From assembly GCA_038134595.1 (NCBI GenBank), contig JAYPVM010000004.1, positions 133,573-197,572 of the forward strand: a stretch of 64,000 nucleotides of DNA. The letters are read 5' to 3'. Origin of the DNA: Pseudomonadota bacterium (lineage in GTDB: Bacteria > Bdellovibrionota_C > UBA2361 > OMII01). The first letter of the stretch is position 1; every line of letters begins with the position of its first letter. The notes under the pieces are model-generated. The model did no database searches. It worked only from the letters and a program-made list of their open reading frames with translations, and was not told where the DNA came from. The position numbers and the translations under genes were made by a program. Below are positions 36,164 through 46,898 of this stretch, piece after piece.

Positions 36164-38944
36164 ATGGCAAGCGAACGTTTTTCACTTTTTGGTCCAAACG
36201 CAGGCTATCTAGAGGAGCTCTATGCGTTATACAAGGCAGACCCACAGGTTGTTGATCCGGCTTGGAGGTTGTTTTTCGAGAGATCGGGAGTAGAGGGTAA
36301 GACCAATGGTAGCCATAATGGCGACGCTGTTGTTCGTCAGCAAGCTGGTGTTGCGAGTAGCGATACAGGTGATGGTAGCCACAGATATCTCATCAACGAT
36401 ATAAGGGCTGTGTTTCGTAGGTTAGGCCATCGGTGTGCGTCGCTTAGTCCGGTTGTGGCAGGAGGTATTGAAGCTCAATCGTATCAGGAAATACTGTTCG
36501 CCGAGCTAGGTGACGAGCTTAATCAGGAGCTACTTCAGTCACGTGTATCGGCTAGTGTTTTGGGAAAACGGTGCGAAACAGTTGAAGATGTAATTTCTGC
36601 GTATGCTCAAAATTATTGTGCAACAATAGGTTTTGAAGTCGAACACATCTCGGATAAGGCTGAGCGAGATTGGCTTTATGAGCGGATTGAAGACCCGAAG
36701 CGCTTTAGGAGTGTTGAGGAGCAGGATGTCCGCCGAGAGATCTTTAGCAGGCTCTCTCAGGGAGATCTGCTAGAAGCTGAATTGCATCGCAAATATGTTG
36801 GTGCTAAGCGGTTTTCACTAGAAGGCACCGAGACGCTTATCCCTGTTTTATCGGTCATGCTTGATTCCTGTGTTGAATCAGGGATACGTGAAGTTGTTTT
36901 TGGTATGGCGCATCGAGGACGTTTAAGCGTGTTGGTTAATATCCTTGGTAAGCCCCTTACTTCGCTATTTTTGGAATTTGAAGATAGGACCAAGACAACG
37001 ATTACCGGTGCTGGTGACGTGAAATATCATATGGGATTTGCCGGAACACATGAATCGTCTCACGGTGCTGTGCGCACAAAACTTCTGCCAAATCCATCTC
37101 ACCTTGAGTATGTCAATCCGGTAGTAGAGGGGGTAGTGCGAGCCACCCAGGACGCTGACTATGGATCCGATAGGAAGGTAGTCATGCCCGTTCTCATGCA
37201 TGGAGACGCTGCGTTTGCTGGACAGGGCATTGTATATGAGTGTCTCAATTTTGCGGGAGTAGAGGGGTATACGACCGGAGGTACGTTACACATTGTTATT
37301 AATAATCAAATAGGTTTCACGACTACTCCTGAAGAATCGCGCTCAACGAGGTACTGTACTGACCTTGCAAAAGGTCTAGATGTTCCGGTTTTTCATGTTA
37401 ACGCGGAAGATCCCGAGGCAGCTTGCTGGGTTGCTCAGTTGGCAGTCGAATATAGAAATACATTTGGAAAAGATGTGATCATTGATCTGATTGGATTTCG
37501 AAAGTACGGGCACAATGAAGGAGACGATCCTAGTTTTACGCAGCCTCTCATGTATGCAGAGCTAAAGGATAGGGAGCCTCTATGGCTGCGATATGGTCGG
37601 TCACTCGTTGAGAGCGGAGTGCTTGCGGAGGACGAATTCCTTTCGACACCTGACCGATATAAAGAGCATTTTAACCAAAAGTATGATCTCATAAAAGAAG
37701 TGGAGGTGTTCACCACGAATGCGCCTAATCCCGATGTGGCGATTGAGGAGGTAGACACTACCTTCCCCGCCAGCGATATCGAGAAATTGGCAAATTTGTT
37801 AATCGATTTTCCTAGCGATTTTAACCCTCATCCAAAACTATCACGTATTCTTGAAAAGCGTTCGCAAGCAGTGCTGGACGGTGGTGCTATTGAGTGGGGA
37901 ATGGCGGAGGCGTTAGCTTTCGGTTCTCTGATTGAAGATGGAGTCTCAATACGACTAAGCGGTCAGGATTGTCGTCGCGGAACATTTAGTCATCGACACC
38001 TCGTGCTAGATGACCACGAAACATTACGATGCTGGAGCCCACTTGAGGAGCGAGCGAAGTTCCTCTCGAATGGCGCACGTTTTGAGATTCATAATAGCAC
38101 TCTTTCAGAGGCCGGTGTTTTAGGGTTTGAATTTGGATATGCGGCGCATGATAAGAAGGGTCTGATATTGTGGGAAGCGCAGTTTGGGGACTTTGCTAAT
38201 GGCGCACAGGGCTTGATCGACCAATTTGTCTCGAGTTCTGAGATGAAATGGGGACAGCTTTCAGGCGTAGTCCTGCTTTTGCCTCATGGATACGAAGGAC
38301 AGGGGCCGGAACACTCAAGCGCCCGCTTAGAGAGGTTCTTGCAGTTGTGTGCTCAGCAGAACATGGCGGTATGCTATCCGTCGAATGCAAAGCAGTATTA
38401 CCATTTATTGCGAAGACAGGGATTGACCAGCGAGAAGCGACCATTGGTTATTATGACTCCGAAGAGTCTCTTGAGAGCTCCGCAGGCTATGAGTCAGGTG
38501 GCAGATTTTACTGAAGGGGCGTTTGAACCAATTGTGGTTGATCCGTTGGTTTCAGATAAAAGTGCTAAAACTAATAAGGGATCAGTGCTAATATGTACAT
38601 CGGGGAAGGTGTATTACGATCTCTGTGACGCGTTAAAAGAGCAAGTGGCAGTTAATTACCAACTCGTTAGAATCGAGGAGTTGTATCCTTTTCCAGAAAA
38701 ACTGCTTCAAGATTGCGCGACAAAGGCGGGAGCCAGAGCTGTTGTGTGGGTGCAGGAGGAGCATAAGAATCAAGGTGCATGGAGTTACATCGAGCCACGA
38801 TTACGGGAGACGCTCAAATTGGATATTTCTTATTGCGGACGAGATGAATCAGCATCTACTGCAACGGGATCAGCAACATATCATGCAGGTGAACAGCGCG
38901 CCGTTGTTGCGAGTCTGTTAGATAAACTCTCTGGCCTTTCGTAA
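36164..38944 (+). CDS. sucA: 2-oxoglutarate dehydrogenase E1 component
   Basis: KRFSLEG, GMAHRGRL, GDVKYH, NPSHLE, HGDAAFAGQG, GHNEGDDP, WEAQFGDFANGAQ, GPEHSSARLERFLQ. Confidence 0.98.
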   Translation: MASERFSLFGPNAGYLEELYALYKADPQVVDPAWRLFFERSGVEGKTNGSHNGDAVVRQQAGVASSDTGDGSHRYLINDIRAVFRRLGHRCASLSPVVAGGIEAQSYQEILFAELGDELNQELLQSRVSASVLGKRCETVEDVISAYAQNYCATIGFEVEHISDKAERDWLYERIEDPKRFRSVEEQDVRREIFSRLSQGDLLEAELHRKYVGAKRFSLEGTETLIPVLSVMLDSCVESGIREVVFGMAHRGRLSVLVNILGKPLTSLFLEFEDRTKTTITGAGDVKYHMGFAGTHESSHGAVRTKLLPNPSHLEYVNPVVEGVVRATQDADYGSDRKVVMPVLMHGDAAFAGQGIVYECLNFAGVEGYTTGGTLHIVINNQIGFTTTPEESRSTRYCTDLAKGLDVPVFHVNAEDPEAACWVAQLAVEYRNTFGKDVIIDLIGFRKYGHNEGDDPSFTQPLMYAELKDREPLWLRYGRSLVESGVLAEDEFLSTPDRYKEHFNQKYDLIKEVEVFTTNAPNPDVAIEEVDTTFPASDIEKLANLLIDFPSDFNPHPKLSRILEKRSQAVLDGGAIEWGMAEALAFGSLIEDGVSIRLSGQDCRRGTFSHRHLVLDDHETLRCWSPLEERAKFLSNGARFEIHNSTLSEAGVLGFEFGYAAHDKKGLILWEAQFGDFANGAQGLIDQFVSSSEMKWGQLSGVVLLLPHGYEGQGPEHSSARLERFLQLCAQQNMAVCYPSNAKQYYHLLRRQGLTSEKRPLVIMTPKSLLRAPQAMSQVADFTEGAFEPIVVDPLVSDKSAKTNKGSVLICTSGKVYYDLCDALKEQVAVNYQLVRIEELYPFPEKLLQDCATKAGARAVVWVQEEHKNQGAWSYIEPRLRETLKLDISYCGRDESASTATGSATYHAGEQRAVVASLLDKLSGLS

Positions 38945-39070
38945 TCAGCATACATTCCTCCATTGTCGGACGCCATGAGATAGCGAGGTCGTGACAAAGA
39001 GTATTTTTGTCAGAAAAAGATACTACTTTTCCCTCGCAACCGACGTTTAGTCTGTGTACAGTAACTAGCT

Positions 39071-40465
39071 ATGCTGACCATCTTCTACGATCTTGAAACT
39101 TCAGACCGCAATCCCATTGGGCAGATTATTAATTACTGCTTCATTCTTGTTGACGAGCAGTATGAGATTCTAGATGAATTGTCGGGCTTGGTGCGACTTT
39201 CTCGGCTTCAAATTCCCGATCCGGGTGCTATTCTGGCCAATAGAACAAATGTCATTGAGCATCAAAAGACAGCGAGTGAAAGCGAGCCGAGTGCAATGGC
39301 TAAAATTAGAGACTTCATTCAAAGCTGTATTCTAAGAGCTGGAGGAGCTGTGGCGCTTGCCGGGTACAATTCTTCCCGTTTTGATCTGGGCTACCTTCGA
39401 ACATCTTTTATACGAAATGGCATTAATCCATATTTTAAGAATCAAATTATCCCCCGAGATCTTTTACACGTCGTACAGAAGGCGTATTTAACAAGCGAAG
39501 CGTTTCGCGGAGCGATTCAAGAACAGAGGAAAAATGACGCCAAGCTCTCTCTTTCTCTTGAAACCGTCGGGCATGCGCTTGGACTGCTATCGGGCGTTCA
39601 AATACACGAATCCCGGGAAGATGTGGTTCTCACGATAGAGGTGGCGCGCAGAATCCGAGAGATCTGTGGACTGGATGTGACGACCTTTGATGGATATGAG
39701 GGTGCTCGGGTACATTCTACTGCGGGTTCTGGGGCGGTGTATCTGATTAGTCGCCCAGAGTATGATCTTTCAGAGTCGGCGTATGTATCGAAAACACCGA
39801 TGGCCATTTTAGACGCTAATCACAAGGCAGCGCTATGGATCGACCTTGATGCATATGCGATGAAGCCTGATAGGACGGCGATAGCATGGCGCAGTAGTGG
39901 CAAGCATGCGTTTTTTATGTCTCAACAGTCAGTTGCGGATGCTTCGTTGCAGGATGTAGCGAGACGCGCTGTGCGACAATTCAAGGGCATTTCTCTCTAC
40001 AACTTTTTTGAAAAAAGTACGTGCGATATCGAAATGGATATCTATCGAATGGGTTTTGATGCGCAAGCTTTATTTGAGCAGGCGGTTGCAAAAAATGATA
40101 AAAGCATCTTATCAGAATCTGTTACTAAAGAGCCGATGATTCTTTGGGTGCGGCGACAATTAGCAAGTGAGGCAACTTCGATAAACGATCCGAAAACAGC
40201 CGAAATATTACGTAAGTACGCCTTGTATCGCTATGGAGGGAAGTTTCAACTTGTCAAGAAGGCTTCACAAAACAGGGAGCAGCATGAGCAGTTTAACGAA
40301 TCGCTCGGCTGTACTGTACAGCGTTTGTTGCACCTAAAGGAAGCTGCTGTCATGCAGGATTGCGTAGATGACGAGAAACTCCTTGGCGCCTTGGAGTGCT
40401 ATATAAGACAATCTGATATTTATGCAGTTGCAGGGGCAGAGCTCATCCCTATGTGGGCTTCTTAG
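39071..40465 (+). CDS. DEDDh 3'-5' exonuclease, exonuclease I (SbcB)-like N-terminal domain
   Basis: ExoI FYDLETS, ExoII GYNSSRFDLGYL, ExoIII HESREDV; ExoI-like LQIPDPGAILAN. Confidence 0.8.
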   Translation: MLTIFYDLETSDRNPIGQIINYCFILVDEQYEILDELSGLVRLSRLQIPDPGAILANRTNVIEHQKTASESEPSAMAKIRDFIQSCILRAGGAVALAGYNSSRFDLGYLRTSFIRNGINPYFKNQIIPRDLLHVVQKAYLTSEAFRGAIQEQRKNDAKLSLSLETVGHALGLLSGVQIHESREDVVLTIEVARRIREICGLDVTTFDGYEGARVHSTAGSGAVYLISRPEYDLSESAYVSKTPMAILDANHKAALWIDLDAYAMKPDRTAIAWRSSGKHAFFMSQQSVADASLQDVARRAVRQFKGISLYNFFEKSTCDIEMDIYRMGFDAQALFEQAVAKNDKSILSESVTKEPMILWVRRQLASEATSINDPKTAEILRKYALYRYGGKFQLVKKASQNREQHEQFNESLGCTVQRLLHLKEAAVMQDCVDDEKLLGALECYIRQSDIYAVAGAELIPMWAS

Positions 40466-40620
40466 AGTGTCGAATAGGCGCAATTTTTTGAAATAAATGA
40501 ACTAACTCTTGAGAGATTGTGTGTGTGTGAGTAGTATGGCGAGAGCATCGACGCACTTGACCAACTATGCGGTTACACAAGGGATGTCGCAAAAAATAAT
40601 ACCTTTTCGCTGGATGATTT

Positions 40621-43600
40621 GTGACGCAATTTTGCCACCTACATTTGCATACTCAGTATAGCCTCTTGGATGGTGCCAATAAGGTTCAAGAAGTCATTAC
40701 GAGAGCGGCGAATCTCGGCCAAAATGCGATTGCTATGACCGACCATGGCAACATGCATGGAGCAGTAGAGTTTTACTCGCTTGCTAAGTCTGTCGGCATT
40801 AAGCCGATTATCGGTTGCGAGCTGTATGTGACCCCCGGCTCTCGATTCGAACGCAAGATGCGTGCGCAGGGTGGGTCGGGCACGTGTCACCTCACGGTCT
40901 TAGCCGCGAATAAGGTGGGATACCACAATTTGTGCAAGCTATCGAGTCTGGCATTTAAGGAAGGATTTTACTTTAAACCGCGTGTGGATCACGAGTTGTT
41001 ACAGCGATACTCGGAAGGCTTGATAGTTTTAAGTGGCTGCCTGGCTGGGGAGTTATCGCAGGCGACCAAGGTCGATGATGATTCCGGGGCAAAAGAAGTC
41101 GTTGAGTTTTATGCAAATACCTTTAAGGACCGCTTTTACCTTGAGTTGCAACCGCACCCTATTCCAGATCAAGAAAGGCACAATAAAGCTGTTATCGATC
41201 TAGCAACTAGCTTCGGTATTCCACTGGTTGCGACAACCGATTGTCACTATCTAGAGCGAGATGATCACTTTGCACAAGAGGTGCTTATGTGTGTGTCTAC
41301 GGGTAAAACTGTGGCAGATCCAGACAGATTGCGTCATGAAGGTTTTACGCTCCATCTAAAAACAGAAGCAGAGATGCTTGAAGAATTCGCTGGTTACAAA
41401 CAGGGAGCCGAAGCGGTTAGAAATAGTGGCTTGATCGCTTCCCAATGTGATCTATCACTCGAGTCGAACACCTATTATATGCCTCAATTTAGTACCGATG
41501 ATAATCGAGAATTGATCGATATCATGAGTGAGATGGCGCGCAAGGGGCTCGACAAACGTATTGAGGTGTTAGCTGCTTCGGCAGACTGGGATAGCACTTC
41601 AGTTCAAAAATACAAAGAACGGCTGGAAACCGAACTTGATTTGATAGGCACTATGGGGTTTGCGGGATATTTTCTCGTCGTGTCTGATTTTATCGTGTGG
41701 GCAAAAGACAATGGTATTCCTGTTGGTCCTGGCCGAGGATCAGTCGCTGGTTCACTGGTTGCCTATGCCCTGAGAATTACCGAGGTTGATCCGATATCAA
41801 ACAAGTTGTTTTTCGAGCGGTTTTTGAATCCAGAGCGGATCAGTATGCCGGATATCGATGTCGATTTTTGTATCCACGGTAGAGAGCGAGTGATTCGTTA
41901 CGTAGTCGAAAAATATGGGAAAGAAAAAGTAGCGCAAATCGCAACCTTCGGAACCTTGAAAGCGAAGGCCGCTATTAAAGATGTGGGAAGAGCATTGGGG
42001 ATGAGCTATGCAGAGACAGACCGCATCGCTCAGTTAATACCAGCCCCTCGACAAGGCTTTGATTATCCCATCGCCGAAGCGCTTAAGATGGAACCTCAGT
42101 TAGCGGCCTATGCCGATGGGGAGGGAAGAGATCTTATCGAATTAGCAATTAAGCTCGAAGGGCTTACGAGGCATGTTTCGACCCATGCGGCGGGAGTAGT
42201 CATTGGGGATAGGCCTCTTGATGAAATCCTTCCGATGATGGTCGACAAGGATGGAAACGATGTCACGCAGTATTCAATGACATACGTAGAGAAGGTTGGA
42301 CTCGTTAAATTCGACTTTCTAGGATTAAAGACTCTGACTGTTTTGCACACAGCGCTTCAGATTATCAGGGAGAGTCGTGGTGTAGATATTGATCTAAATA
42401 CACTGCCACTCGATGACCCAAAAACGTACACGCTTTTATGCGCAGGAAATACAACAGGAGTCTTTCAGTTAGAGTCGACAGGTATTACCGAAATGGTAAT
42501 ACGATTAAAACCGAGTTGTTTCGATGATATCGTAGCTATTTTAGCTCTCTACCGACCTGGCCCGCTCGATGCTGGTATGGTTGATCATTACATTGAGCGA
42601 AAGCATGGCAGGGAGCCGATATCGTACTTGCATCCAAAGATGGAGGATATTTTATCTGATACCTATGGAGTTATCCTTTATCAGGAACAGATAATGCAGT
42701 TGGCGCAGGTATTGTCTGGGTACTCGTTAGGCGAAGCGGATATTCTTCGAAAGGCGATGGGGAAAAAGAATCCCGAGGAGATGGCCAAGCAGCGCGATCG
42801 GTTCATCACGGGATGTATCAAACAGGACATAGAGGAAAAGTTAGCAGATGAAATATTCCAACAGATGGAAACATTTGCGCGTTACGGTTTCAATAGAAGT
42901 CACACGGCGGCATATGCGTTAGTTTCATTTCAGACTGCTTATTTGAAGGCACACTATGGTGTCGAATTTATGGCGGCATTAATGACGCATGACATGGAGG
43001 ATAGTGATAAGACTTTTAAGAATTTTAACGAATGTCGACGACGAAAAATAACGGTTCGAGCTCCGGACATAAATGAGAGTTTGGCGAGTTTTTCAGTTCG
43101 AGAGGATACTATTCTTTTTGGGTTGGCTGCGGTTAAGGCGACGGGACATAAGGCAGTAGATGCGATTCTGGCTGCAAGAAAGGAGGGGCCATTTGCGGAT
43201 TTAGAGGACTTATTATCGCGCGTTGATCTCTCGCAAATCAATCGCCGCAATATTGAAAACCTTATTAAGAGTGGTGCATTTGATGGTACGGGAGCATCGC
43301 GGAGAGGTATGCTTGAAGAGCTTGAAGATCTGATGAAGATCTTTGCTAGTCGGAAGAACGAGGATCCAAACCAGATTTCTCTTTTTGGAGAGGTAGAGTC
43401 AAAGCCTGTATTGAGTAGACGTAGTACAAATCTTCCAGAATGGCCGATTAATCAGAAATTGTCCTATGAGAGAGAGGCTCTCGGATTTTACATTTCAGGG
43501 CATCCACTTGAGAAATTCCAATGGGATTTGAAACGGCTAGGAGCCGTTTCTACAGCGGATGTAAAAGCCAAGGGGAAGCGAGATGTTCGAATCGGCGGTG

Positions 43601-44085
43601 TGATAACGGCCCTGCGGCTTCGAAATACAAAGCGTGGAGACCGTTACGCAAGTTTTGCTCTAGAAGACTGGTTAGGTACGATTGATACGCTTGTGTGGCC
43701 TGATACCTATCGCCTTATTCAAGACTTATTGGTTGCCGATGAGCCAGTTATGATTACCGGTCGGGCGGAGGTGACTCCAGAGCGTTGCTCGCTTGTTGTC
43801 GATAAGATGGAGTCTTTAATACAGCTAAGAGACAGAAATGCCACGCAGGGATTTTTGCTTTTAAATGGCGGAGACGATTTTGAGTCAAAATTAGAGAGGA
43901 TTCAGAGCATCTTTAAGAGCCATAGTGGGAGTTGTCCGATTAAGGTGAGGATGAAGCTCGAGCAGAGAGAGGTTTCAATTGTGTTGCGAGATGGAATGAA
44001 TGCGCCAGTGTGTGTTCTTCCATCTGAAGCCCTCTGTGAGGAGGTAGAACAATTGTTTGGGCGACCTGTGCTCACGTTTCTTTAG
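40621..44085 (+). CDS. dnaE: DNA polymerase III alpha subunit
   Basis: HLHLHTQYSLLDG PHP domain, GPGRGS, PDIDVDF, KFDFLGLKTL, YGFNRSH, OB fold. Confidence 0.98.
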   Translation: MTQFCHLHLHTQYSLLDGANKVQEVITRAANLGQNAIAMTDHGNMHGAVEFYSLAKSVGIKPIIGCELYVTPGSRFERKMRAQGGSGTCHLTVLAANKVGYHNLCKLSSLAFKEGFYFKPRVDHELLQRYSEGLIVLSGCLAGELSQATKVDDDSGAKEVVEFYANTFKDRFYLELQPHPIPDQERHNKAVIDLATSFGIPLVATTDCHYLERDDHFAQEVLMCVSTGKTVADPDRLRHEGFTLHLKTEAEMLEEFAGYKQGAEAVRNSGLIASQCDLSLESNTYYMPQFSTDDNRELIDIMSEMARKGLDKRIEVLAASADWDSTSVQKYKERLETELDLIGTMGFAGYFLVVSDFIVWAKDNGIPVGPGRGSVAGSLVAYALRITEVDPISNKLFFERFLNPERISMPDIDVDFCIHGRERVIRYVVEKYGKEKVAQIATFGTLKAKAAIKDVGRALGMSYAETDRIAQLIPAPRQGFDYPIAEALKMEPQLAAYADGEGRDLIELAIKLEGLTRHVSTHAAGVVIGDRPLDEILPMMVDKDGNDVTQYSMTYVEKVGLVKFDFLGLKTLTVLHTALQIIRESRGVDIDLNTLPLDDPKTYTLLCAGNTTGVFQLESTGITEMVIRLKPSCFDDIVAILALYRPGPLDAGMVDHYIERKHGREPISYLHPKMEDILSDTYGVILYQEQIMQLAQVLSGYSLGEADILRKAMGKKNPEEMAKQRDRFITGCIKQDIEEKLADEIFQQMETFARYGFNRSHTAAYALVSFQTAYLKAHYGVEFMAALMTHDMEDSDKTFKNFNECRRRKITVRAPDINESLASFSVREDTILFGLAAVKATGHKAVDAILAARKEGPFADLEDLLSRVDLSQINRRNIENLIKSGAFDGTGASRRGMLEELEDLMKIFASRKNEDPNQISLFGEVESKPVLSRRSTNLPEWPINQKLSYEREALGFYISGHPLEKFQWDLKRLGAVSTADVKAKGKRDVRIGGVITALRLRNTKRGDRYASFALEDWLGTIDTLVWPDTYRLIQDLLVADEPVMITGRAEVTPERCSLVVDKMESLIQLRDRNATQGFLLLNGGDDFESKLERIQSIFKSHSGSCPIKVRMKLEQREVSIVLRDGMNAPVCVLPSEALCEEVEQLFGRPVLTFL

Positions 44086-44093
44086 GGATTGGT

Positions 44094-45176
44094 ATGACAC
44101 ATAATCGTGATTCATTTATGCCGCCTCGGTGGATACTGGCAATAGCTGGGCTAACTCTTTTATTTTGGTTGGCGGTGCGACTAAAAGAGATAGTAGTATT
44201 ACTGGTCATAGGTTTTTTTATCGCATATGTACTCGACCCGGTCTTGCGCATGTTTGAGCGATATAGGGTGCCGCGGACGATAGGATTTTTTATTGTGTGC
44301 GGTGCTCTCGTGATTGGAATCGGTGGAGCGATTATACTTGTTGGTCCCATTATCGTAGATGAGTTTCAGAAGCTGACTTCAAATCTGTCTGCATATTTAA
44401 ACACGAGTCGACAAAGAGTGCTCCCCGCTCTACGAGAGATTCAAGGCTTTTTACCAGCACCGATTAAAGGGCTGATTGACCTTGATGATATTAACGGAAG
44501 CCTTGGGACATTGTTGTCTGGGGTTACAGGGGAAACCCTAAAGAATCTCGGGAAGACAGTACTTGGGTCTCTTCTACACGGATATTCTCAAGCGCTCGCG
44601 ATGCTGAATATAGTACTCCTTCCTTTTATTGTCTTTTACCTCGCCGTAGATCTTCCCAAATTATACCAATTTGTGATCAATCTTTTCCCATTAACAAAGA
44701 GGTCTGGCTGGATCGGTGTCTTTCGGGAGATAGATGGATACATATCAGCGTATGTGCGTGGACAGATTGTTGTTTGTTGTATCCTATTTGTTTTATACGC
44801 GATTGGATTGGGTGCTTTGGGAGTAGACTTGTGGCTTCTTTTGGCCGCTATGGCCGGCTTTGGCAATATGGTGCCTTATGTGGGAACGGCCTTGGGCATA
44901 TTTTTTAGTTCGGTGATGGCGCTCGTTACGTTTGGCAGCTTTACGTATGTTGCATGGGTCTGGGGCATATTTGCATTGGTACAGTTCATGGAGGGAGTAT
45001 TGATAACCCCGCGTATTATGGGAGGCTCAATTGGATTGTCTCCGTTAGTTGTGATTCTGTCACTGTTTGCAGGAGGGCAGCTTTTTGGGCTTCTTGGGGT
45101 GTTTCTCGCAATACCGACAGCAGCGGCTCTGCGGGTGCTTATTCGGAACTCGTATCATTGGGCTGTGGATAGTTGA
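44094..45176 (+). CDS. AI-2E family transporter
   Basis: IAYVLDP, YVRGQ, VPYVG, ITPRIMG, LFGLLGVFLAIP. Confidence 0.92.
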   Translation: MTHNRDSFMPPRWILAIAGLTLLFWLAVRLKEIVVLLVIGFFIAYVLDPVLRMFERYRVPRTIGFFIVCGALVIGIGGAIILVGPIIVDEFQKLTSNLSAYLNTSRQRVLPALREIQGFLPAPIKGLIDLDDINGSLGTLLSGVTGETLKNLGKTVLGSLLHGYSQALAMLNIVLLPFIVFYLAVDLPKLYQFVINLFPLTKRSGWIGVFREIDGYISAYVRGQIVVCCILFVLYAIGLGALGVDLWLLLAAMAGFGNMVPYVGTALGIFFSSVMALVTFGSFTYVAWVWGIFALVQFMEGVLITPRIMGGSIGLSPLVVILSLFAGGQLFGLLGVFLAIPTAAALRVLIRNSYHWAVDS

Positions 45177-45193
45177 GCAGGAGGGAGTGCGCC

Positions 45194-46042
45194 ATGAATG
45201 GCTCTCGTTTGATTCGCAAATTAGTTGCGTTAGCATTAGAGGAAGATCTTTCTTACGGCGATATTACCGCGCGATTAACAGTGCCAGAGGATCATCGCTC
45301 GAAGGCGACTGTATATGCAAAAGAGGCGATGCTTTTCTGTGGCTTTGAGATACTCGAGCCTTTATTACAGGAGGGAAAATGGGATTTTTCAATCCATTCA
45401 GCGATCTCCGATGGAACGCAGCTTCACAGCGGCGATGAGATTGTATCGTTTGAGGGAATAACTAGAGATTTGCTTGCGATGGAGCGAACACTGCTGAATT
45501 TTCTGCAGCGCTTATCGGGGGTTGCCACGCATACACGTGCATTTTGTATGGCCACTTCAGATTTGATTGTTTTAGACACTCGGAAAACTATGCCCGGTTG
45601 GCGCGTTCTTGATAAGTACGCTGTCAGAATCGGTGGGGGACGTAATCATCGATTTTGCCTTGGGGATATGATTTTAGTTAAAAATAATCATATCGATGCA
45701 TATGGAAGAGGGTTAGAAGCAACCCTGAAACGAGTTGAAGCCGATAAGCCGCTCTACATGCCTTGGGAGGTGGAGGTTCGAGATCTAGCCGAATTAAAGC
45801 TTGCGCTTTCGTTTAACCCTACGATTATCATGCTAGATAATTTCTCCGATGAGAATGTTGCTGATGCGATGAAGCTAGTTCGAACCATGGATTCTCCTCC
45901 GATGATAGAGGTCTCTGGAGGAATTACGATGGAGCGACTGGAGAAATTGGCAACCTTGGGAGTTGATGCAGTTTCGGTTGGAGGTTTAACTACAAGGGCA
46001 AGAAATGTAGATATTGCAATGAGGATGACAGCTATCGAGTAG
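45194..46042 (+). CDS. nadC: Nicotinate-nucleotide pyrophosphorylase (carboxylating)
   Basis: ALEED...GDIT, ERTLLNFLQRLSGVAT, DTRKTMPG, NHR, EVEV, IMLDN, EVSGGI; ATG 45194. Confidence 0.96.
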   Translation: MNGSRLIRKLVALALEEDLSYGDITARLTVPEDHRSKATVYAKEAMLFCGFEILEPLLQEGKWDFSIHSAISDGTQLHSGDEIVSFEGITRDLLAMERTLLNFLQRLSGVATHTRAFCMATSDLIVLDTRKTMPGWRVLDKYAVRIGGGRNHRFCLGDMILVKNNHIDAYGRGLEATLKRVEADKPLYMPWEVEVRDLAELKLALSFNPTIIMLDNFSDENVADAMKLVRTMDSPPMIEVSGGITMERLEKLATLGVDAVSVGGLTTRARNVDIAMRMTAIE

Positions 46043-46103
46043 CCAAATGTCTATTATGCCGAGTTGTAGTTATTGAATAGCACAAGCATTTGTATCAGGT
46101 TAT

Positions 46104-46889
46104 ATGCAGACAAAATATGTAGAGATTTTGAGACCAAACGGACTCCAATGGCGACATTTCGGTAGTGTTTCTTCTACTATGGACGAAGCCCGGGTGCTCA
46201 TAGACACCAGAAGAGATACGTCTGCGGATTGGTGTGGACTCGTCACTGCCGATAATCAATATCAGGGTCGTGGGCGTCAGGGGCGAAGTTGGGAATCTGC
46301 CCAAGAATCGTGGATGGGAACCTTTGTAATACCAACGTCAAAACCGATTGGGGAGCTTGTCGGATATTCGCTTGGAATCGGCGTTGCTGTAGCTCGGGCC
46401 AGCGAGGAATTGGGATGTAAGCTCTTTTTAAAATGGCCTAATGACCTCGTTGTCGAGCTAGACAAGCAACTCGCCAAGGTAGGCGGTGTTCTTATTGAGA
46501 TTGAAGAGCGGACAGAGACGCGGTTCATTCTTGTTGGACTGGGTCTTAATATAGGTGGCATTCCGTGTAGCTTAAGGCAACAGGCCGCATCATTAGGCGA
46601 TTTAGCGGGTCAGAAATTGTCATTGGGAGCGGTCTCTGAGCGACTCGTGACAAATCTTATGAAGGTATCCAGGGGTTTTTTGCATCAGGATTCCTTCGGT
46701 TCTCTTCGTCAAGAGTGGGAAGAGCGAACCTGCTTTCAGCAAGGACGGACAAAGCTCTCGATTTGCGTCGCCGATAAGATGTTGCAAGGATCATATGAAG
46801 GACTAACGGAGAGCGGGGCTTTGCGTCTGCAAACCGACGAATGCGAGCACCATATTCATTCCGGACACATTGAGTCTATCACGTTATAG
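46104..46889 (+). CDS. birA: Biotin-protein ligase without N-terminal HTH
   Basis: SSTMDEA, QYQGRGRQGRSWES, LKWPNDL, KVGGVLIE, GLGLN. Confidence 0.93.
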   Translation: MQTKYVEILRPNGLQWRHFGSVSSTMDEARVLIDTRRDTSADWCGLVTADNQYQGRGRQGRSWESAQESWMGTFVIPTSKPIGELVGYSLGIGVAVARASEELGCKLFLKWPNDLVVELDKQLAKVGGVLIEIEERTETRFILVGLGLNIGGIPCSLRQQAASLGDLAGQKLSLGAVSERLVTNLMKVSRGFLHQDSFGSLRQEWEERTCFQQGRTKLSICVADKMLQGSYEGLTESGALRLQTDECEHHIHSGHIESITL

Positions 46890-46898
46890 GGATTTGCC

